DNA of 63,886 nucleotides, the filler included, from Reclinomonas americana ATCC 50394 (lineage: Eukaryota), in assembly GCA_048213135.1 (NCBI GenBank). It is 6 parts of 5 records of this genome, joined end to end, with 100 filler letters (N's around TTAATTAATTAA, not from the genome) between each part and the next. Parts side by side here need not be neighbours in the genome. Positions count along the whole stretch, not along the records: positions 54,468 to 59,784 come from PS015219.1; positions 59,885 to 61,058 come from PS015223.1; positions 61,159 to 62,708 come from PS015224.1; positions 62,809 to 63,886 come from PS015229.1; 2 more parts are not named here. One strand, given 5' to 3'. Of the stretch, positions 54,799-63,886 are shown in pieces. How positions within the stretch are numbered: position 1 is the first letter of the stretch; each line of letters opens with the position of its first letter. Under the pieces are notes generated by a model. The model saw only the letters and a program-made list of their open reading frames with translations. It was not told the origin of the DNA and made no database searches. A program made the translations under genes and the position numbers.

Positions 54799-55578
54799 AG
54801 CGGGGATGAGCGTCGGAGGCAGACCGAGTTGTGTAAGGCGATTTGAAAGCACAGTGCGCGCGACTTGATCCTTCAGACTGCACACACACACACACACACA
54901 AAACACAGTACAAAAAACGCAAGACACGCACACCACAGAGAGAGAGCGCAAGTCACACCTGACAGACTCGCCACGCGGTTTGTTGTACAAAAAGAGCTGC
55001 AAAGTGTTGAGAACCGCCGGATCCCACTGCCCAAATGCCACCGGCCCCGCATCCACCTGCACCTCACAATATGAGACAAGGACAGANNNNNNNNNNNNNN
55101 NNNNNNNNNNNNNNNNNNNNNNNNNNNNNNNNNNNNNNNNNNNNNNNNNNNNNNNNNNNNNNNNNNNNNNNNNNNNNNNNNNNNNNNNNNNNNNNNNNNN
55201 NNNNNNNNNNNNNNNNNNNNNNNNNNNNNNNNNNNNNNNNNNNNNNCACACACACACTAAAGAAGAAGAAGAAAAAAACGCAACTCGGCGACCGTCCAAC
55301 TCAATCACGCTACTCGGCGCCACATAATGCACCGGAGTTGTGACCAGCTGCCCATCCACGCGCACTCTGCCCTCCTGAATCGCCATCTCCGCCAGTCGCC
55401 GCGAGGCCACTCCCGCACGCGAGAGGTACTTGGTCAGACGCACAAAGCCCAGCTGCACAGACGGATGCTCCTGCTGCTCCTTGGTTGCCTCCACTGCTTG
55501 TGTAACGCAACTACGCGCACCAAGCAGCGCAGGCCATGCGCGCGAGACAGGCGACAGTCGCGCCAAACAAGCCAGCAT
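54799..55578 (-). CDS. RsuA/RluB-family pseudouridine synthase (S4 domain), 5' part, with a probable mitochondrial presequence
   Basis: VRLTKYLSRAGVASRRLAEMAIQEGRVRVDG (S4 domain), LYNKPRG, then LIPA| just before the expected VGRLD. The N-terminus is Arg/Leu/Ala/Ser-rich and lacks acidic residues. Confidence 0.85.
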
Positions 55579-55653
55579 GCAAAAAGAGTAAGCAGAAAAG
55601 AAAATTCACGGTAGGGGTAACGAACGTTTCTATTTGTTGACTTTTCTCGCGCA

Positions 55654-58619
55654 ATGCTTGAGGACGGTGATAGTGAGGCCGGCGGCATGTTTCCGATGCT
55701 TGTTGGTCTGGGACACGCGCCCACGCGACACCACCGTGGCGGCGGCGGCGGTCACCAGCGACCGTCTCCTCCGCGCAAGAAGGCGCGCGCAGGAGCACCA
55801 CCACCGGCAGTTGCCGCTGGCCACAACAAGTCCTCGTCTTCTCCGTCACTGGTGGATGCGTTGACGGTGTCGGTGTTGGCGGCGGCGGCGTCGCACTTGA
55901 CCATGGCGAGCGAGGACGAGTTTCGGCGGCCGCCGGGCTTTGAGAGGAAGCGATCAGTGTCGGTGGCGGCGAGACCGCGCATCGACAAGCAGGCGTCGGC
56001 TCGCCAGTTGCACAGTAGTAGTGTGAGCCCGTCGCCACGCGCAAGCTCATCGCGCACGTTGCGTTCGGCGTCAGGCGTTGCGCGCGTATCGTTTCATGTG
56101 ACTTATCATGTGGCGTCTTGCAGTGGTGGTGGTGGGGGAGCGTTGCCGCCGCTGGAGTTGCCGGCGCCTGTGAGCACGGTGCCGAGGTTACAGCCGGGCA
56201 TCACGGCGGGGTCGACGGCGCGAGCGGTGCGATCGTGGTTGCAGGAGAACAAAAACCTGCCGGTGTCGCTGCTGGTGCCGCCGCCGCTGTATGTGCCGCG
56301 GCATGCGTCGTTGAAGGTGGATCCGGCCGCTGTAGCCGCGCATCAGGCCGGACTGAAGCAGCGGCGCGCTCATGTGGCTGCGCAGTTGCGTCGGCATCAT
56401 GAGGTGAGACCACTGGAGATGTCGCCGTCGCCGTCGCCACAGCCGCTGCCGCCCTCGTACACGCCGTTTGCGGAGGATCCAGTGGCAGAGGCACCGCCGG
56501 CTGTCGGCGACAGTCATGACGACGATCGCCTCGACGAAGGGGACAGCGTGGGGACCGTACCGCGAATAGTCNNNNNNNNNNNNNNNNNNNNGTGTGCCGA
56601 GTACTCACCGAGGTCCACCTGCAGCACCTCAATGGTGGTGTTCAGGGCAATCGCCCCTGCAAATGCGCTGATGCGCGGCCGCGATAGCAGCACTCGACTC
56701 GCTACGGCCGGAATTAAAAGTGAGATACTTTAAGAAGACATTAAGCACTCGCGGCGACCACCGGACATACCAGTGACATCGAGTTCGCGCGTGTGACACG
56801 CCGGTGTGCGAATGGCTTCGCACACTTGCTTGAACACGGAGTTTTCGAGCCGTCGCTCGCCCAAGTGGACGACGCCAATCTGCTCCTCGGCCGACAGCTG
56901 CTGTCGGACCATGGCGAATGCGCGTCGCGTAGAGTCGGCCACCACAGGTAAGAGGAGGCTGTCGGCCGACAGCGACTGATCGGGTGCGGGGAGCGTGGGA
57001 CCTCGGGGCAAGCCCGTGTCGGAAATGAGCGCCACCACCAGATCCTCACTCTCCGCCGACTGCATCAAGTAGGGCAATCGCTGCAGCAGTGATTCGCGAC
57101 GACGCTCAAGATCGGCCGAGTGCACCAGCGTCGACAGCATGTACGACTCGTCGGGTATCTGGTGCAAGTGGTACTGCATCGACACCGGATCGAGGGCCAC
57201 CGACTCGCGATGTCGAGCCGCAATCCCCGCCGGCGCCCCAGGCAATTGCAGGAATCCACCGCGCTTGTCGATGCCACTCAACACCGTCACCCTCTCCCCA
57301 GCATTCTCCATCTCGTAGCGATCGTCTGGCGGCTCNNNNNNNNNNNNNNNNNNNNTCGTTCTCTCTTTTTTCGGATGCACGAATAACTCACCGATCTGTG
57401 TTCGTGCGTCGCCAGAGGGGCTGTCACTGCCGCTGGTTCAAGACTTTGCGATTTCACTGGCCATGATCCTCCAGCACAACCACGCCCTCTGTGCTGTTTA
57501 CCTGAAATGTGCAGGTTTGCTGATGGAGTTGTCTCTGCAGCCTCCTGTCTCTCCCGCTTGCTCACACCTGCCACAGAAATGCTGCTCACCAGCTCGATTG
57601 CCGAGTGCCTCTTTTCGGCCTTGTCGCACAATCGGTCGCTGCGCGAGTTGTCGATCAGTGGACCACTGGTCGTGCAAGACACGAATTTCGGTGATGCCTA
57701 CAACAGCACCGGCACCGGGAGACGAATGGCCGAGCTGAACTGGGTGAATGCACTGAGCAAGCTGTTCCGCTACAACCGCACACTGCACCGGCTCGGCATC
57801 GGCGGCTCCTTCTGGCAGCACGCCCTGCCAGACTGTGCCACGGCACTGGCGCACCACAATCGCACCCTACACTCGCTGTCGTTGGCTCGTGGCGATTTCT
57901 TCGCCACCGGCAACGAATTCCTGCTGGCCTCGTGCATCGAGCGGCTGCTCGCCGGCAACTTGGTGGAGTTGGATCTGTCGCACAACCGCCCATTCGAGGA
58001 GAGCGTCATTAGTGCGCTGTGCACGGCACTGCCGGGCAACAGCACACTGCGGGAGTTGAATTTGTCGTCGTGCGGTCTGGGATCGTCGGCGCTTGCACGT
58101 CTCGGCGAAGCCATTGCAGCGCTGCCGCCAACGTCGTCGTTGTGTCGCGTGAATATTGCGCACAACGCGGCGCCGAGTCGGCCCTTTGAGCTGGCGTGCG
58201 AGGCGGCTCTCGACCTGACATTCGAGCGGCTGGAGCTGGAGCGTGCACTCGGCGTGTGGAATGGTACGACAGCTTCTTGCAGGATAGGAGGGCCCCATTA
58301 TTGTGTTTGCTCACCCACGCGCGCAGCCTCGGCCGACGAAATGGACGAGCACGTACAGCGCCTGTGGACGGGCCGAGTGGTCGGTGGCGGCGGCGGCACG
58401 ACGGCGGGCGGTGTGGGAGGCAGTGGCACGGGCCACGACGATCACAACACGGGCATTCGACTGGATCACGTGGACATGCTGCGACGGAGGTACCTGGAGG
58501 CGCGCAGCGCAGCACAAACATGGCGCACCATCTTTCCCAGTGTCATCGACGTGGTGCAGAGGCAGACGGTACGATTGCGGAGAGCGGCCGGCAACGCTCC
58601 CGTCGCCGCGCCATCATGA
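55654..58619 (+). CDS. Ribonuclease-inhibitor-type LRR protein; the middle part (56592-57335) is on the opposite strand in this assembly
   Basis: ALSHNRSLRELSISG, NRTLHRLGIGG, NRTLHSLSLA, LVELDLSHN and NSTLRELNLSSCGLG in 57507-58619. The inverted contig carries TRELDVTG and LNTTIEVLQVD. Start codon uncertain. Confidence 0.75.
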
Positions 58620-58762
58620 CACACCTGCAGTGAACCGCACAGCAACACATACTGCGAACTGCGTGGGGAAAGCAAAAGCACACAGCCGTTCGTTCACTCG
58701 CAACGCCGCGCACTTCCTTCTGATGTACATCCATTTTCTTCTCCGTCAATCAATCAGTCGCG

Positions 58763-59372
58763 TTACGTCAGCGCTCCACTGCGACGATAGAAGGAGCTCT
58801 CCACCAGCTTCTGGCGGTTGAACTTGCCCGCCTGTGGCTCCACTCCCGTGGCACGCCATCTGCGCACACACAGAGAGAGAGAGGGCGGTGAGACACACAC
58901 CATCATCATCAGGGAGGATGACGGTTGACGCAACCCAATCTCCTGCGACGAGGTCTGCATGGTCCCATAGCGCTCCTGAGGCGACGCCTTCTTCTGATGC
59001 TTCAAGTACGCCGCACGACCCTCACCCTGTGTGCGTGCGCGCGCGTGCGTGTGTGAGAGAGAGGCACGCGTGCCAGCCAATCAGGCGGAAGAACACAGAC
59101 CTCCTTGGAGACGCCCTGCGTGAGAATGTCCTTCTCGGGGCGACTGTCAATGGTGGGTCTCGCCAGCAACTCCTCATCGCGATAGGCGCGCGCCAGGTTC
59201 TCCTGGTTCTTCGCCACCACATCCTTGGCATACATGGTCTGCCACTTCTTGATCGTCCGCTGCTCGGACTTGATCATTTGCTCAAAGGCCATAGCTGTGC
59301 ATGAGTGAGTAAGCGAGTGTGAGTGGAGAGCAAGCGGGTATGATGAAGGAGAGGACCTTCATGCGCGTCCAT
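58763..59372 (-). CDS. SPMIP1/ATP6V1FNB-like ciliary microtubule inner protein, 4 exons
   Basis: Spliced MDAHEAMAFEQMIKSE...GVSKEGEGRAAYLK...PQERY...TSSQEIGW...VESSFYRRSG* resembles the family pattern G.S.EG.GR..YL...P...Y...SS.E.GW...FYR..G (recognised from memory). Confidence 0.65.
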
Positions 59373-59611
59373 GATTGGCAGAGTGGTGAAACGGCTCCGT
59401 CGTCGATCGAGTGGACGGTGGATTATCGAGCGGTCTCTCCTTCAGAAGAAGAGTACCTCGGGCCCTCGCTTTTTTGTCGTGTTTTTCATTTGGATCCCTG
59501 TTGCGGAGCGGAAGCAATCCACACCTCCCCTCTCTTTGCCTATTCTCTGTTGGTCTCTCTCCACTGTTGTGTGTGTGTGTGTGAGACACTCGCCGCCTCA
59601 TCTTCGCCGCC

Positions 59612-60205
59612 ATGCAAGACGACGGACCATCGGTAAGTGTGTCGCAACTGACGCACACGCAGATCGCCGACTCTTCCACTCTCCGTCTTTGTCTGTCTCT
59701 CTCTCCTTGTGTGTGCGTGCATGCGTACACATTCGTGTGTGCGCGCGCGTGCGTGCGTGCTTTCTCTCTCGTCGCCATGCTTGANNNNNNNNNNNNNNNN
59801 NNNNNNNNNNNNNNNNNNNNNNNNNNNNTTAATTAATTAANNNNNNNNNNNNNNNNNNNNNNNNNNNNNNNNNNNNNNNNNNNNGACACGAATCAGCTGG
59901 CGGCGAAGCGCAATGCCGGCGTCATTTCGGTGGACCTCATGTCGCTGACGCAGTTGCCGGCGGTGACCAAGCCGAATGGTCGTGGTGCGGCGGTCCCGCC
60001 CGCCTCGCGATCTGCCACCATTAGTCCCCGACATCACTCGGACATATCTGCCGGCGCCTTCCGCTCTGCCCGCACGACGGCGCCATCGACCGTCAGCCGC
60101 AGTCCGTCACCGACAATTTCCGACAAACCCGGTGGTCGCAGTCGTCTCGCCAGCAGCGGGCAACTACCACTCATCGGCAAGCCCACGTTCGGCTGGGACA
60201 GATAG
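59612..60205 (+). CDS. Unknown gene fragments: first exon (MQDDGPS|GTAAGT) and a Ser/Arg/Pro-rich last exon on either side of a linker
   Basis: Strong donor at 59633; open frame from 59885 to 60205 ending FGWDR*. Whether the two pieces are the same gene is unproven. Confidence 0.4.
59785..59884. other. Artificial scaffold linker
   Basis: N44-TTAATTAATTAA-N44. Confidence 0.95.
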
Positions 60206-60287
60206 GAGAAGAGACTGAGTGTAGCGGAAAACAGATCGAAAGTACAATAAGAATGTTGGTTAGTTACACAAGTGGCGGTGGCGTGTT

Positions 60288-61058
60288 TCATTCGCTGAGA
60301 AGACTTTCGACGAATTCAGACTCGAGCAGTCCTCGCAGCAACGACTCACTCAGTTTGTACAGTCGATGCCACGCTCTGTTGCACAACACGAATGAGCCGT
60401 CCTCCTCGTCACCCCTCCCTCCTATACACAAGCCGCGAGTGTGCCACGCAACTGATCTACCATGGCGTGAAATAGTGGGGCATAGCCGACGATCATCGGC
60501 AGAATGACATTCCGAAGCGTCAGCAGCGCCCACGGGTACGCCAGAGCGGCCCACTTTACACCGCGCCGTGCAACATCGGCCAACGTCATGAACACATCGC
60601 CAGCGCGCCGCGCCGCTCGACGCAACCGTGGATGCGCTCGCACAAACCGTTCACACAGGCGCGCCATTCCAACCCCGACGCGCGCAGCTTGCACCAGGGT
60701 CGACGACGATCCGCCAGCAGCGGCAGGGTCGCCAAACACCTCCTGCTCAAACTTTTTCGCAGCGCGCGACCACCTCACACTTGCGTCGGCGCTCAGCTCC
60801 AGCAGCAACTCGCTGCGCACAAATGAGCACCAACGATCGGCGGCAGGAAGGAAGGTCGATCAAAAAAAGAAGAGAGCTCACCGCAAAAAGTTTAACCGTC
60901 GATGCACCGAGATCGACAGAGCGTACACGGCGGCTGACGACACGCGGAGCACGAGCAGAATCGAATCGGCGACAAAGAGCGATGTGCGCATGCCGAGTGT
61001 CGGCAACACGGCGAACAGACGCACAAAGCGCGATCGTTTCGTCGCTGCAGCTGCTGTT
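60288..61058 (-). CDS. Unknown protein, 3' exons
   Basis: Open, protein-like frames joined by GT-AG introns, ending SEFVESLLSE*. Confidence 0.5.
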
Positions 61059-61158
61059 NNNNNNNNNNNNNNNNNNNNNNNNNNNNNNNNNNNNNNNNNN
61101 NNTTAATTAATTAANNNNNNNNNNNNNNNNNNNNNNNNNNNNNNNNNNNNNNNNNNNN
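61059..61158. other. Artificial scaffold linker
   Basis: N44-TTAATTAATTAA-N44. Confidence 0.95.
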
Positions 61159-61212
61159 GTTGAACGTTGCACGCATTGGTTGTCGTGTTGTCCCCGCCAC
61201 ACACACACATCG

Positions 61213-62708
61213 ATGGAGAGTGTCAAAGAGCAGGTGTATGCACATGCAGTGCACACCGCTGTGCATGCCTTGATGCGTCTCCGAGAGGAAGCTGCGACGC
61301 CGAGCGACATGCATGGCGATCGCCTGTTGCATGGTTTGCTATCGCGAAGGGTGCGACTGGAGCAGGTGTGCAGCGAGCACACGCAGGTTGGTGTGGGGGT
61401 TGGCATGATCAGTCTCTGCTGCGCATGCCCCTGAGAAGCGTACGGTGCGTGTGTGTTACAGCGCTTTCTGGATGCTGCAGCGGTGCTGGATCGCGTGCAA
61501 GCCAAGCAGCATCTCATCAGTACACAGCTGGCCGACGTGTACTTGCTGCGACGACGTCTGCAACAATGTCAGGTGTGCGCATGTGCATGGCTGATGGGCA
61601 GGCTGCACTTCGTCATCGTGCGTGTTGATGTGTTATTGTGTGCAACGCATGCAGGCGCAGGTGGCAGCCGATCCAGGGTGGCGCGGACCCGACGACATTC
61701 TCCAGCTGGTCGTCAGTGGCGACTACTACGATCAGTGCTTGCGAGTGCGCTTCCTGCGGCAGTGTTCGCGTCTCTTTGCACACAGACCGACCGCAGACGT
61801 CGCATTCTTTCGTCGCACTCTGCGCTCGGTGTACGTCTTTGTGCACACATGGACACAGTTTCTGCTGTCGCGTGGCGTGTTTCGTGAAGAGAGACCACAC
61901 GTATGGGTGCGTGAGCTGGCCTCGTTTCTTCGACGCATCCTCTGGCGCGCCGTTCCCCGCCAGGAAAAGGCCGCTGCCGCTGCCGATGAATCCGACGGCC
62001 ACGATCGGCACCGCCGCTTGCTTCTCTTGCGACGACGCATGGAGCGCCTTATCGATGCCGCCGACGCGCCTCTTCCACTCGATGCAGGTGAGGCGTGCGT
62101 GCGTGTGTGTATGTGCATGTTTGGTGACACCCGCACACCGGCTTGCGTAGGTGAATCGAGTGTGACAGGCGAGTGGCGTGGCTTTCGTCGCGTGGTGGAG
62201 ACCGTGTGCGGCCGACGCGTATCGATTCACATCAAGGCCGCAACTGCATCGCCTCCAGCTGTAGGGTGAAGTGGAACTCACAGTGTGTTGGTGGCATCAG
62301 CTGGCGACACTGACATGTGTTGCTTGGTTGCAGAACCGTGCGATTCAATGCGCCACTACCCAACGGTGCGCACCTTCCGTTGGAGTCGTGGTGCACTCGA
62401 GAGACGACAGCAAGGCCACCCGCCAGTGGGTCGTCGACGTCGACGAATGCTAGCGCCATAGTCCACGAGTGGAATCGCTTGGCCGCACAGCGAGTCGCCC
62501 GTGATCGCGTGTTGCAGGAGATGCAGCTGAGCGAAGACGACATGCTGACGGTGACACGCCAAGAGGCTGCGCCGGAGCCGATGCTGCCTACGCCGCCGTC
62601 ACCACGTCAATCGTTTGCCGACTTTCTGCAGCACATGATGGCCGGTGGTCAAGGACTGCCTGGGAGTGTTGCGAGCACTCTGTCGGCGGGTGGTGGTGCT
62701 TCGACAGC
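61213..62708 (+). CDS. Unknown helical protein, multi-exon, 3'-truncated
   Basis: ATG 61213; successive protein-like exons with GT-AG introns near 61387, 61573, 62087 and 62264. Confidence 0.55.
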
Positions 62709-62808
62709 NNNNNNNNNNNNNNNNNNNNNNNNNNNNNNNNNNNNNNNNNNNNTTAATTAATTAANNNNNNNNNNNNNNNNNNNNNNNNNNNNNNNNNNNN
62801 NNNNNNNN
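62709..62808. other. Artificial scaffold linker
   Basis: N44-TTAATTAATTAA-N44. Confidence 0.95.
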
Positions 62809-62907
62809 GGGCCGGGTACCGGGTACGGGTACGGTACGGTACGGGTACGGTACGGTCGGTACGTAGTGTAGTAGTAGTAGTAGAGAGAGAGAGAGTAGGT
62901 ACGGTAC

Positions 62908-63024
<117 letters not shown>

Positions 63025-63349
63025 CAATTGGAAAGCGCGTGATCATGATATCATGAATTTGTGACGATATTGATGCTGCGTGTGTGTGAGCATCGTGTTC
63101 CCCGCGTATATCTCAGCACCTATGCTGCCTCAGTTGTTGGAGGTGTGGTGCATTGCTCATTCTCTTCTCTCTATGCGTGCGTGTGTGTGTGCAAGAGAGC
63201 AAAAAGGAGGAAGGAGAGAGAGAGAGAGAGAGGGGAGAGAGAGAGAGCGAGAGAGTGGAGAGAGAGCGAGTGGAGAGAATGAGAGAGAAGAGAGCAACAA
63301 TGCGCTCACAACACTCCTCTCCCCTCACCCCTCCCTCTCTCTTTCTCAG

Positions 63350-63684
63350 GACGCATGATTCCTCCCTCTGGCCACGGCTTCTCGCTCATTCGCAGCACAC
63401 CCGAGCTCTGTTACGTAGACAAAACCGCTCAGCTCCTCGCGTGGCTTCGCCCGCCAAGCGTATCGCCCTTGATCTATGTGCGCCCGCGTCGCTTTGGCAA
63501 GAGCCTGCTGCTCGACACACTCGCCAACTACCACGACATTAACAATGCGCTGCCTCCCGGGAAGCGCTATGCACACCGTTCAACCATGGAGGAAGTGCAT
63601 GAACAAGCCGTGTCGGCGTTGCACGCGAGGCTGCTCAGCGGGCGTGTCTCGCACGGCGAGAGTGCGTTTGAGCAGGTGTTCCAG
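63350..63684 (+). CDS. Bacterial-type AAA-ATPase-like domain exon (YVDKT...RPRRFGKS family)
   Basis: FSLIR...YVDKTAQL...YVRPRRFGKSLLLDTLANY, bounded by a polypyrimidine-CAG acceptor and a GTGGGT donor. Confidence 0.85.
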
Positions 63685-63791
63685 GTGGGTGTGAGTATGA
63701 GTGTACGAGAGGAGTGATGGCGACAGCAAAGATCCTGGTACAGCACCTTGCAGAGAAGAGGAGAAGGAGGAGATGCCATGGTGGAAGTAGG

Positions 63792-63886
<95 letters not shown>

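Overview
GC-rich, intron-dense eukaryotic DNA, most likely from a flagellated protist (Sfi1-type and ciliary-MIP-type genes are present; the species cannot be identified from the sequence). The assembly is a gappy draft with long GA/CA/GGA microsatellites and five artificial 100-nt N44-TTAATTAATTAA-N44 linkers. The ORF track is mostly misleading because short (~55-110 nt) GT-AG introns split the genes, so gene models were rebuilt by hand from splice sites and motifs and the boundaries are approximate. Recognisable genes: an atypical large Rho/Ras-like GTPase, a divergent glutaminase, a START-domain protein, PCMT, a giant Sfi1-repeat protein, a ~12 kb gene fusing about ten Ig-like repeats to a STRA6-like membrane domain, a papain/Josephin-like cysteine peptidase, a P2B Ca2+-ATPase (3' part), an RsuA/RluB-type pseudouridine synthase (5' part), an RI-type LRR protein, an SPMIP1/ATP6V1FNB-like protein and a bacterial-type AAA-ATPase-like exon. 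The best candidate for a new system is a family of four two-exon microprotein genes (57-64 aa) with a conserved ~45-aa N-terminal region and a hypervariable C-terminal tail. They flank the STRA6-like gene, and three lie just upstream of the peptidase. Also notable are a recurrent atypical GTTG(C/A)G splice-donor class and two contigs that appear mis-oriented in the scaffold.
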